From Dehalococcoidia bacterium (lineage in GTDB: Bacteria > Chloroflexota > Dehalococcoidia > Plut-88900): a DNA stretch of 64,000 nt. The stretch lies in the NCBI GenBank assembly GCA_965207225.1, contig CBDBLV010000004.1, positions 608,001 through 672,000 on the forward strand, read 5' to 3'. Each line of letters begins with the position of its first letter. Position 1 is the first letter of the stretch. Of this stretch, positions 55,219 through 64,000 are shown in pieces. The position numbers and the translations under genes were made by a program. A model generated the notes under the pieces. That model saw only the letters and a program-made list of their open reading frames with translations, was not told where the DNA came from and searched no databases.

Positions 55219-56696
55219 GGCTTCGGCCCGGGACACGACGCAGCGACGCGCTCGGCGCGTTTTACAACAGCTCTGATAAGTCCCCGAAAGATCCATGAGT
55301 GTACCGGGTACAGGCCGTACCAGTAGAGCAGGCCGGCTACGCCCCTCGGATCAAAGGACGCAGTCTGCTCCAGCCAGGTTATCCCATCTTCGGCCTCCCG
55401 GGCTTTGAACTGGAGCCAGGCGCTTCCGGGCAGCTTCATCTCGGCTTTCAGACGAAGAAGGTGGCCGGGGTCCAGAACCTCCACGCGCCAGAAGTCCAGG
55501 GCATCCCCGACGCGCAGTTCGTCGGGGTGGCGCCGACCCCTCCTTAGGCCCGCTCCACCGAGAAGCCGGTCTATCATGCCTCGTATGCTCCAGGCCCAGT
55601 TTGCAAAGTACCAGCCCCGACGCGCTCCTATGCCGGTGAATACGCTATAGACTTGTCCTGGGGTCGCAGACACACGGAGGTGTCGGCGTTCGATTATCAG
55701 ACCATGTCGGGACTCCAGGGTTACGGGTTCCTGGGCATCACCGAAAGTGCCGTAGGCGTCGCTCCACGAAGTGTCTATACGCCCTGAGTCAAGCTCTTCT
55801 GTCACCCTTCTGATGGCAGAGACACAGTCCAGGGGCTCTATGTCGGGAAAGAGGTTCCGGGCGAGATCGTTGCCGACCACGATGTCGTTGCGCAGACCTT
55901 CTACGAGGGCCACGGTTATCGGGGCGGGGATCGGCGTCACCCAGTGGACCCAGTAGGAGGACAGGCGAGGGGTCAGAACGGGCACGGGTATCAGCAGCCG
56001 GCGCAGCCCCCGGGCTTTGGCATAGCCGAGCATCATCCCGCCGTAGGTCGTCACGTCCCCACCCCCAACCTCGATGGTCAGGCCTTTGCTGCCGGGGTTC
56101 GTCAGGGCGGCAACCAGGTAGTCCAGGAGGTCATCGATGGCCATGGGCTGGACCCGGGAGTAGATCCATCTCGGGCAGATCATGACGGGAAGACGTTCGA
56201 CGAGATAGCGGATCATCTCGAAGGATATGCTGCCGGAGCCGACAATGACGGCTGCTCGGAACTCGGTAACCGGCACTCCGCCCTCTCGGAGCAGTTGCCC
56301 GCATTCCTGCCGAGACCGAAGGTGGAGTGAGAGGTTGGTGCCCGGGTCCCCGAGACCTCCCACATAGATGATGTGCGAGACATCAGCATCCTTCGCAGCG
56401 CGTCCAAAAGCTCGGGCGGCTTCGAGGTCTATATTATGGAAATTCGGGCCGCTGGTCATGCTGTGGATCAGGTAGTAGGCAGTATCTACTCCACTCAGCG
56501 CGTCCGACAGTGCCCGTGGATCTAGTGCATCACCGACGACGATCTCAACGTTCCGGGCCCAGGGGCGGGAGAGGGCTCGGGCCTGGCTGCGGACAAGGAC
56601 TCGGACACGGTGCCCCCGTTCAAGCAGACGAGGTACAAGCCGTCCGCCAATGTAACCCGTGGCACCGATGACAAGGATTGTCGAGTGAAAGGTCAA
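55215..56696 (-). CDS. Atypical SDR oxidoreductase with C-terminal DUF2867 (YbjT-like)
   Basis: GATGYIGGRLV, AYYLIHSM, GSGS.SFE, LDFWRVE, AEMKLPG.AWL, YWY..P.H..IF. Confidence 0.9.
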   Translation of the reverse strand: MTFHSTILVIGATGYIGGRLVPRLLERGHRVRVLVRSQARALSRPWARNVEIVVGDALDPRALSDALSGVDTAYYLIHSMTSGPNFHNIDLEAARAFGRAAKDADVSHIIYVGGLGDPGTNLSLHLRSRQECGQLLREGGVPVTEFRAAVIVGSGSISFEMIRYLVERLPVMICPRWIYSRVQPMAIDDLLDYLVAALTNPGSKGLTIEVGGGDVTTYGGMMLGYAKARGLRRLLIPVPVLTPRLSSYWVHWVTPIPAPITVALVEGLRNDIVVGNDLARNLFPDIEPLDCVSAIRRVTEELDSGRIDTSWSDAYGTFGDAQEPVTLESRHGLIIERRHLRVSATPGQVYSVFTGIGARRGWYFANWAWSIRGMIDRLLGGAGLRRGRRHPDELRVGDALDFWRVEVLDPGHLLRLKAEMKLPGSAWLQFKAREAEDGITWLEQTASFDPRGVAGLLYWYGLYPVHSWIFRGLIRAVVKRAERVAASCPGPKP

Positions 56697-56887
56697 GGGG
56701 ATGCCTTAGTTGCGCGAATCTGATTCGGAAGCAATAGGAAGCGGAGGGGGAGATAAATTTGGGTGCAGTGGTGGGCCTGAGTTGACGATAGGCAGAACCA
56801 TTTTCGAATTGTGGATGGGTGATCCAACTTCACTCCGGCGATCCTGACACCCACGTTAGTATATTACCTAGCCGCCCCACGGCCAGC

Positions 56888-56953
56888 GCAAGGGGGGCCT
56901 GCGACATTGCCGGAGGCCCCCCTTGCATCCTCTTGCCGGTCCGGCCGGGCCGG
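56888..56953. repeat. Direct repeat copy A (contains a GC-rich hairpin)
   Basis: About 58/66 nt identical to 62647-62711 by manual alignment. Confidence 0.8.
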
Positions 56954-56954
56954 A

Positions 56955-59900
56955 CTAGTCGTCGTCCACGATGGTCATGGTTCCCACGGCGTCGGGCGGG
57001 TAGAGGGTCCCGGGCAGGTACGCCTCCACCGCGAAGTACTCGTCCGGCTCCTCATCGTCGTCGTACTCCAGCCACACCTCCGCCGTCAGCTCCGTCACCC
57101 CCGGCGCGAACACCAGCTCACCCTCCGTGTACTGATAGTCGGTCATGTGCGCCCGGTCGTCCAGCAGGTGGTACGCAGGCGCGGTGTTCCATCTGATCCT
57201 GATCTCCTCGGTGGACGCCTCGGACAGCCGCACCCGGAACTCCAGCACGTCGCCCTCCACCGCCGACGCGGCCTCGACGGTGACGGTTATCTCCACCTCC
57301 GGCGCAGCATCGTCGTTGTCTGCCACGCCGACCGTGGCCGCGCCCTGGGACGAGGACACCGTGTAGCCGCTGCCCGCGTTCACCGTCGCCGTCACCGACC
57401 CGTCGGTCTCGTCCGCGCTGTCGTCCGTGGTGCCGACGGTGAGGGTGACGCTGCCCGTGGTGGGTATCGTCACCGTGCGCTGGCCCGTGGTCGCGCCGTA
57501 GTCGCCGCTCTGGGAGACCGTGACGCTCACCGCCAGGTTGGCCGCCGGGGCCGGGATGGCCGTCACCGTGAAGACGGCGTCCCCGCCCTCGGTCACCCCG
57601 CTGCCAGCGGTGATACTCACCACCGGCGTGGGGGCGTCGTCGTTGTCGGACACCGCCACCGTGGCCGCGCCCTGGGTCGAGGACACGGTGTAGCCGCTGC
57701 CGGCGTTCACCGTGGCCGTCACCGAGCCGTCGGTCTCGTCGGCGGCGTCGTCGGTGGTGCCGACGGTGAGGGTGACGCTGCCCGTGGTGGGGACGGTCAC
57801 CGTGCGCTTCCCCGTGGCCGCGCCGTAGTCGCCGCTCTGGGAGACCGTGACGCTCACGTCCAGGTTGGACGAAGGCGCCGGGCTGGCGGTCACCGTGAAG
57901 ACGGCGTCGCCGCCCTCGGTGATGCCGTTCCCGCCGGTGACGCTCACCACCGGCGTGGGGGCGGCGTCGTTGTCGGCCACGCCGACCGTGGCCGCGCCCT
58001 GGGTCGAGGACACCGTGTAGCCGCTGCCGGCGTTCACCGTGGCCGTCACCGAGCCGTCGGTCTCGTCGGCATTGTCGTCCGTGGTGCCCACGGTGAGGGT
58101 GACGCTGCCCGTGGTGGGGACGGTCACCGTGCGCTGGCCCGTGGTCGCGCCGTAGTCGCCGCTCTGCGACACCGTGACGCTCACGTCGAGGTTGGAGGCC
58201 GGAGCCGGGCTGGCCGTCACCGTGAAGGTGGCGTCGCCGCCCTCGGTCACCACATTGCCGCCGGTGACGCTCACCTCAGGCGTGGGCGGAGGAGGCGTTT
58301 GCGTTGACGCCGCCTCCAGCGCCGTCAGCTCGGTCACCACCTCGTCCCACACCGGGCTGCTGTGTTTGTCCGCCATATCCTGGGCCTCGGACGCCGTCAT
58401 CGGGCCGCCCGTGACGCCGGCGCCGTCGTGCTCGCCGAAGGCGACGAGCACCCGGTTCCAGCGGTTCACGTGGGCCGTCCCGTGCTGCGTCTGCGACGCC
58501 AGCTCCCTGACCTTCGCGATCACGTCCGGGTCCACCGTGTAGCCCGTCTGCTCCTCAACGACCGGGTCGTCGTTGTCTGCGACGCCGGCCGTCTCCGACG
58601 ACGGCGCGCCCACCGTGTAGTCGCTGCCCGCGTTCAGCGTCAGCGTGACCGAGCCGTCCGGCTCGTCCACCTCGTCGTCCGTGGTGGCGATGGTCACCGT
58701 GGCGCTGCCCGACGTTGGGATGGTGACGCTGGTGGGCAGCGTCCCGTACCCGAAGTCGCCGGTCGTGGCGACCGTCACGCTCACCGCCAGGTTGGACGAA
58801 GGCGCCGGGCTGGCCGTCACCGTGAAGACGGCGCTGCCGCCCTCGGTGATACCAGTGCCGCCGGTAACGCTCACCACCGGCGTGGAGGCGTCGTCGTCCA
58901 GCAGCGGCAACGTGACGCGGGAAGGGTCGCCCAGCGTGTAGCCCTCGCCGACCACAATTTGCGCCACCAGCGTGCCGTCGGACAGCGCGTCGTCGTCGGA
59001 GTAGGCGATGATGGTCTGCGATGCGGACGACTCGAAGGCCTTGATGACCAGCGTGAGGAACTGTTCGCGCGCGACGCGGTCCGCACCCTCGCCCATCTCC
59101 TCGATAACGCTCACGATGACCGGCGTGTCGACCTGCGGGACCGGGCTGGCGCTGACCGTGAAGGTCACGTCGCCGCCCTCGGGCGCCGACAGCGCGTTGC
59201 TGGAGAGCGTCATCGTGGAGCCGTCGTTGAGCGTCCCCAGCGCCGAGAACGCGCGGCGGATCTCCGGCGGCGCATTGGACGGCGGCGTGAACTGGTTGCA
59301 GTCCACCTTGACGCTGAACTTGTTCGACGGCCAGCCTGACGGCGACTGCAACTGCACGCAGAACGTCACGGCCTCCCCCGGCACCTCGTCGTTGCGCAGG
59401 GTCACCGGCGTGATCGTGATCCGGTAGACCGGGTCGCCGGGGTTCGAGCGGTCGCGGTACGTGGTCTTCAGGCCGGTGTTGACGATGCCCGCTCTGTACG
59501 GCTCCTGGTTGACCACGCCGTCGTGCGCGATGACCCGGTCAACACGCCGCGAGTAGATGTACGTCGGCGGCGTATCCGTCAGGCTGTTGTCGGCCTCGAC
59601 CTTGACGCGCCACTCCGAGAAGTGCTCCTCGGCGTCGTAGAGGTCGTTGCGCGGTTTACCGGGGCTGACCAGCGGCGGGCCGGTCGGCAGGTCCCACCAC
59701 CAGTGGATGTTGAAGTAGTACTCGCACTCGCCGCCGGTCGTGTAGCTGTCGCACCTGTAGCCGACGGCGTCGCCCGCGTTCGCCAGCAGCGTGCCCGTGT
59801 AGGCCGTGTCGACCGTCAGGTCGGCGGGCTGCGGCGACTTGGTGTCCACCACCTTGACCCGCACGTCGTGCCAGGTGGTCAGGTTCCAGTCGATCCCGCG

Positions 59901-62396
59901 GCCCACCCGGTCGCGGCCGGCGAACTTGTCGCCGGGCAGCTCCAGCTCGTGCTGGATGATGTACGCGTTGTGATCTTCATGGTCGGCGCAGTGGACGTTG
60001 ACGCTGATCGTCTGCCACTGATCCCAGTTGCTGGAGTCGAAGTCCAGCGAGATGTAGGTGTTGACGGGCGGCCCGCCGGAGACCGCGTAGGTCGTGTCCT
60101 CGCCGGGCGGCCGCACGGTGATGCCGTTGCGGTAGAAGTTGGAGGCCCAGATCTCCCGTTTCCAGATCTCGTTCCAGTGGTCGCTGTCGACCGGCCCCGT
60201 GGCGAGGCTGCCCTGCCGGTAGACGACGTACTTGGGGTTGTAGACGTAGAGCTCGGCCTGGCCCGCCGGGTCGGCGTAGAGACGCACGCGGTAGGTGACC
60301 AGGTCCGTGGGGTGGGTGACGCCGCCCAGCTCGGAGACGTCGTTGGGCGCGGTATTACAGGCGGAGGGCTCGTCCACCACGATCATCCGCTGCCGTCCCT
60401 GCCAGCGGAGTAGTCCCCACTCCAGCGGTTCGTCCACATCGGCCTGCACGATCTCCAGGCGCGGCCGCTTGTCGATGCGGAAGACCGGCGAGATGCCCAG
60501 GATTGAGTGGCTCTCAACCCTCGTGGTGGAAGCGCCCACCCAGGGGTTCCGGGCTTCTCCTTCTTCGAAGGACTGGCCGCGGACGACGTGTCCGCTGCTG
60601 CCCATGCTGCTCAACGCATGTTTCGTCCCGTCCGGTTGGGTGCCGCTCCAGTGCCAGTCGACGCGGGTGTCGCTGTCGACGACCGAGACGCTGGCCGCCG
60701 TCCTGCGGTCATGTTCGGACCAGTTCTCCCACGAGCTGCTGAAGAATCCCGCCGTGTCCTTGGCCACGCGTGGGCCGTTCAGCCAGTAGATCGCCGTGTC
60801 GCGGCCCGGGTCGATGTGGTCTCGGGCGTTGACCGTGGGGGTCGATCCCACCACTTTGAACGCGTCGGAATAGGGAATGATCGCCGGGTGCGAGCCGCCG
60901 GTGTGGCTGCCGACGATGGAGTCCTGGACGTGGGCGTCGTAGTCGGCAATGTTGGCGGTGGTGGCGTCGCGCCAGGTGTTGGTCAGGAACAGCAACCGGA
61001 ACTCGCCGCCGATCCTGCGCAGCTCCTCGGGCACCAGCGGCCAGTCGGCGGGCACGGTGTAGGTGCCGTCGCCGTTCGCCTCGGGCGCCGGAGGCGGACT
61101 CTCGTCATCGATGATCGTCACCCGCAGCCAGTCGCGCTCGCCGACGTCGTAGCCGTCAAGGCCGCCGGTGAGCTTCAGGTAGAAGTGCTCGTAGTCCTCA
61201 TGGTCGGCGTCGTCCATGATCTGGACGCCGGTGGCGGTGTCCCGGTTGACCTCAACGGTCACGTTTTCCGTGCCGGCCGATATGGGCACGTCGATGTAGT
61301 CGGTGGTCACGGTGGACCCGTAGTCGTAGTCGCTGCTCTCGGTCGCGCTCCATCGACCCTGATGCGGCTCCTGGGTCCGGAGCCGCACCGTGATGTCCTG
61401 GTAGGGCGCTGGACGCGCGTACAGCACCGCCTCATAGGAATCGGTCGAGCCTTCCACCACCGCGAGGGTGGTCCCGCCGAAGCTGACGGTCGGCAGGTCG
61501 TCGTCCCGCACGATGGCGTATGCCTTCCGGGCTTCTTCCCTTCTGTCCGGCACATACTGCCTCCCATAAATGGTTGCGGGCAGGATCTCCACCAGAATCT
61601 TGCCGTCGGCTTCGCTGACGTCGTCGTCGATGATGGGGACGCACAATTCCCTACTGATGTAACCGTTGCTAACGTGTTCAGGATCGCGCAATTCTATGGA
61701 GCTGGCTTCCTCGGTAATGAAGGAGCCTTCCTGGGTGACCCGGTAGTTGATATTGGTCGGGAGAGCGACCGACCCTCCCAGGGCGGGGCGTACCCGTACT
61801 GTGAATCTTGCGCACGGGTGCGCGCCTTCGCGATAGGTGGCGCTCCGAGTGCTGGTTTGCCCTTCGGCGTAGACGCTCGCTATCGGGCGTAACCGAAGCG
61901 CCTCATGGTCAACGTCGGGGGCGTCGTCGTCCACTATGACCATCAGTGCCGACAGGATGTTCTCCATGTCCAACTGGTAATTCTTGCCCGGCTGAAGGGT
62001 CACGACGACCGATTTATCGGCATGAAAAACATCGTCGTCATTGAGAGCAACCGAGAACGCCCCCGCGGCCCGAGGCGGATCAGGAAAGAGCTGGACGAGC
62101 GTAAAGCGGTCACCTGTCTGAAGCGTGGCGTCGCCAGTCTGAAAGACGTGGTAGTTGACTTCAAGCGGGTAGATATCCTTGCCGGCGACGAAGGGGTGGC
62201 GCACCTGGATGCCATATACGAGAGAGCCGCCCTGCTCTCTCCATGTTGTTGGATTCGGGGGGATGAGCGATACGAGCGGCAGCGTATCGCTCTGCGCCTG
62301 CGCCGTCCCGGATGGCGGGCCGTCGAGCGGGAGCAGGGCTGCGAGGAGTAACGCCCCCAGGAAGCCCAGGAGTAGCCAGCGTCGAGGCTTGATCAC
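56955..62396 (-). CDS. Giant secreted modular protein with Calx-beta-like repeats and a lectin-like domain (putative adhesin)
   Basis: Signal peptide (RRWLLLGFLGALLLAALLP...AQA), repeated EG..F.V...DD...E.DG.V...Y.....A...V.DND units, 1813 aa. Confidence 0.85.
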   Translation of the reverse strand: MIKPRRWLLLGFLGALLLAALLPLDGPPSGTAQAQSDTLPLVSLIPPNPTTWREQGGSLVYGIQVRHPFVAGKDIYPLEVNYHVFQTGDATLQTGDRFTLVQLFPDPPRAAGAFSVALNDDDVFHADKSVVVTLQPGKNYQLDMENILSALMVIVDDDAPDVDHEALRLRPIASVYAEGQTSTRSATYREGAHPCARFTVRVRPALGGSVALPTNINYRVTQEGSFITEEASSIELRDPEHVSNGYISRELCVPIIDDDVSEADGKILVEILPATIYGRQYVPDRREEARKAYAIVRDDDLPTVSFGGTTLAVVEGSTDSYEAVLYARPAPYQDITVRLRTQEPHQGRWSATESSDYDYGSTVTTDYIDVPISAGTENVTVEVNRDTATGVQIMDDADHEDYEHFYLKLTGGLDGYDVGERDWLRVTIIDDESPPPAPEANGDGTYTVPADWPLVPEELRRIGGEFRLLFLTNTWRDATTANIADYDAHVQDSIVGSHTGGSHPAIIPYSDAFKVVGSTPTVNARDHIDPGRDTAIYWLNGPRVAKDTAGFFSSSWENWSEHDRRTAASVSVVDSDTRVDWHWSGTQPDGTKHALSSMGSSGHVVRGQSFEEGEARNPWVGASTTRVESHSILGISPVFRIDKRPRLEIVQADVDEPLEWGLLRWQGRQRMIVVDEPSACNTAPNDVSELGGVTHPTDLVTYRVRLYADPAGQAELYVYNPKYVVYRQGSLATGPVDSDHWNEIWKREIWASNFYRNGITVRPPGEDTTYAVSGGPPVNTYISLDFDSSNWDQWQTISVNVHCADHEDHNAYIIQHELELPGDKFAGRDRVGRGIDWNLTTWHDVRVKVVDTKSPQPADLTVDTAYTGTLLANAGDAVGYRCDSYTTGGECEYYFNIHWWWDLPTGPPLVSPGKPRNDLYDAEEHFSEWRVKVEADNSLTDTPPTYIYSRRVDRVIAHDGVVNQEPYRAGIVNTGLKTTYRDRSNPGDPVYRITITPVTLRNDEVPGEAVTFCVQLQSPSGWPSNKFSVKVDCNQFTPPSNAPPEIRRAFSALGTLNDGSTMTLSSNALSAPEGGDVTFTVSASPVPQVDTPVIVSVIEEMGEGADRVAREQFLTLVIKAFESSASQTIIAYSDDDALSDGTLVAQIVVGEGYTLGDPSRVTLPLLDDDASTPVVSVTGGTGITEGGSAVFTVTASPAPSSNLAVSVTVATTGDFGYGTLPTSVTIPTSGSATVTIATTDDEVDEPDGSVTLTLNAGSDYTVGAPSSETAGVADNDDPVVEEQTGYTVDPDVIAKVRELASQTQHGTAHVNRWNRVLVAFGEHDGAGVTGGPMTASEAQDMADKHSSPVWDEVVTELTALEAASTQTPPPPTPEVSVTGGNVVTEGGDATFTVTASPAPASNLDVSVTVSQSGDYGATTGQRTVTVPTTGSVTLTVGTTDDNADETDGSVTATVNAGSGYTVSSTQGAATVGVADNDAAPTPVVSVTGGNGITEGGDAVFTVTASPAPSSNLDVSVTVSQSGDYGAATGKRTVTVPTTGSVTLTVGTTDDAADETDGSVTATVNAGSGYTVSSTQGAATVAVSDNDDAPTPVVSITAGSGVTEGGDAVFTVTAIPAPAANLAVSVTVSQSGDYGATTGQRTVTIPTTGSVTLTVGTTDDSADETDGSVTATVNAGSGYTVSSSQGAATVGVADNDDAAPEVEITVTVEAASAVEGDVLEFRVRLSEASTEEIRIRWNTAPAYHLLDDRAHMTDYQYTEGELVFAPGVTELTAEVWLEYDDDEEPDEYFAVEAYLPGTLYPPDAVGTMTIVDDD
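57300..58280 (-). repeat. Three near-identical 327-bp (109-aa) intragenic tandem repeats
   Basis: Equivalent positions recur at 57621, 57948 and 58275; a more diverged fourth unit lies at about 58560-58880. Confidence 0.9.
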
Positions 62397-62646
62397 GTTT
62401 TCCCGAACGTCGGGGGGATGAATCTCCGCAGCGCGTCGGCCATGTCGTCGAACCTCCTCTTCGCCCGACTTATGCCACGACGCCGTGCGGGCGCTGGATC
62501 ACTGTATTTCAAAGCCCAAGTACGTAGCTGCCGCAAACAGCCAACCTAGACTGTCCGCCAATCTGGGCGGAGGTGTCAAGGCAATCAACCGTTCCTGTTG
62601 TTGTTCAATCGATTCCGTCCATCACCTTTACATTCCGTGGGGTAAA

Positions 62647-62711
62647 GCAAGTGGGGCCTGCATCATTGCCGCAGGCCCCCTTGCATCCTCTTGCCAATCC
62701 GGCTGGGCCGG
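62647..62711. repeat. Direct repeat copy B
   Basis: GCAAGTGGGGCCTGCATCATTGCCGCAGGCCCCCTTGCATCCTCTTGCCAATCCGGCTGGGCCGG matches copy A. Confidence 0.8.
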
Positions 62712-62833
62712 CGCAGCCCTGGGCCGGCCTATCTGATCATCCTCCCGAGCCGTCCTCTTTCCTGTCCCGTCAGCCTGACTCCGTGCTTCTCCTGCACCAT
62801 GGCTGCATCCCCATCAGGAGCGAGCCCGCAGTG

Positions 62834-64000
62834 TCATGGACACGGGCCGGTGGGATAGGGGTTCGGCACGCACGAAAGGGTGTCGTAGTAAATGGTCGCC
62901 AAGAACAGATTGTCGCGCCGAACCACCCAAGCGTGAGCTATCAAGTTCTCCGGCCCGTTGACGACCGCCCAGGGAATGTTGATCCAGCGGCCGGCCTCCG
63001 TTGTCTTCGATACCTCCTGGAAAGCCGGATTCCCGTCCACATCCACAAGCGGCAACTGATTGGAGTCGAATCCCACCAGATTGGGAGCGGTGCCGTTGAC
63101 GACGTAAATGCCGTTCTCGTCCAACACGGTCAGGAACCAAAGGCCGCCGGAGTTCTCCCCAGCGCCGTAAATCTCCTTCACCGCATCCATCCCCTTGCTC
63201 TCGTACACGTCAACGGCTTCCTGGATGAAATCCTGGGCGAATGCCGGCAGGTCTTTGGGGGCCGGGTAGTATCCGGAGGCGAACAGCAGTCCATCCTTTC
63301 GGACCGCGTAGGATATTTTTGTGGCCTCTCTGAGGGTTGCCGGATGAGGCCACAGGTATTCCACCCAGACACCTTCTCCCTCTCCGGCCTTGGCCAGCGC
63401 TTTGCCCAGCTCAAACCCGTCCCTCGCCACGTCTTTGATGTCGGTTCCTTTCAGGTTAGGCCGGAACGGATGGACGATGTAGATGTCGTCGGCGTCGGTA
63501 GCGAACAGATACCATTCTCCCTCAAAGGAAGCTACGCTGTCATAGTAGGCCACCATGGCGTCAACGCCGTCTTCCTCATAGCGTTTGATGGCCCGGTTCA
63601 CGTAGTCAAGGGTGTACTCGCGGGGGTCGGCTACCATCCAGGGCGGGCGTTCATCTTCCGGCAGGGGGTTGTAGTAGCCCGAGGCGAAGATCAGCCCGTC
63701 GTGTCGGATGGCCCAGGTAGTCTTGGCTTCATCCCGGCCGCTGACCGGGTTGAGCCACAGGTATTCCACCCAGTCACCCTCCTCCGTCGCCTTTGCTATA
63801 TCCTTGCCCAGTTCGTAATAGTTCCCCTCGAAGTCCTTGCCTGTCACCTCCTTGATGTCCGTCCCTCGCAGGTCATGGCGAATAGGATGCACCAGGTAGA
63901 TGTCGTTCTCATCCATCAGGAACAGATAGAAAAAGCCGTCCATGCTGTCCCGGCTGTTGTAGTGGGCGACGGTGGCTTCAAGCCCGTTCTCATCGTAATA
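62834..64000 (-). CDS. Tandem Cache-domain protein (5' end beyond the window)
   Basis: Repeated YLF..D....VHP....L.G.D...G.WVEYLW..P.....K........DGL.FASGYY units; the frame is open to the window edge. Confidence 0.85.
   Translation of the reverse strand, partial: YYDENGLEATVAHYNSRDSMDGFFYLFLMDENDIYLVHPIRHDLRGTDIKEVTGKDFEGNYYELGKDIAKATEEGDWVEYLWLNPVSGRDEAKTTWAIRHDGLIFASGYYNPLPEDERPPWMVADPREYTLDYVNRAIKRYEEDGVDAMVAYYDSVASFEGEWYLFATDADDIYIVHPFRPNLKGTDIKDVARDGFELGKALAKAGEGEGVWVEYLWPHPATLREATKISYAVRKDGLLFASGYYPAPKDLPAFAQDFIQEAVDVYESKGMDAVKEIYGAGENSGGLWFLTVLDENGIYVVNGTAPNLVGFDSNQLPLVDVDGNPAFQEVSKTTEAGRWINIPWAVVNGPENLIAHAWVVRRDNLFLATIYYDTLSCVPNPYPTGPCP

Noticed and set aside
57300-58280. CRISPR array
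   Set aside because: These are 327-bp in-frame coding repeats with no spacers and no cas genes.
56907-61892. Long plus-strand ORFs (466, 325, 296 and 461 aa)
   Set aside because: Antisense shadows of the GC3-rich giant gene.
56888-62711. Integron attC sites
   Set aside because: The repeats lack RYYYAAC/GTTRRRY ends and no intI gene is present.

Overview
This is a GC-rich bacterial window dominated by paralog expansions of catabolic enzymes: nine Amidohydro_2-type amidohydrolases, six luciferase-like (LLM) flavin/F420 oxidoreductases, two Rieske oxygenase alpha subunits (one frameshifted, plus a decayed third 3' end), an opine/D-amino-acid oxidase-like trio, a GMC oxidoreductase and several transporters (TRAP, family-5 ABC SBP, betaine ABC, NCS2). 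This make-up, with a giant Calx-beta-like repeat protein, suggests a SAR202/Dehalococcoidia (Chloroflexota) genome, possibly a sponge symbiont; that assignment is inference only. Features not explained by the ORF track: (1) a ~500-nt densely base-paired non-coding element at ~26.9-27.4 kb with twin hairpins, possible pseudoknots, an adjacent promoter, a LexA-like box and flanking REP-like repeats, which is a candidate new large ncRNA; (2) a PrdB/GrdB-like selenoprotein with an in-frame UGA, a clear SECIS and an atypical UxxD motif; (3) a ~300-nt attenuator-like leader with a Trp-rich uORF upstream of the LLM-Rieske operon; (4) a 5.7-kb adhesin cassette bracketed by ~65-bp direct repeats; (5) an NCS2 permease fused to a degenerate HATPase-like domain whose start codon reads ACG. 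No CRISPR array, tRNA, rRNA, integrase or transposase was seen. All family assignments and pairings were made by eye, with no database searches or folding software.
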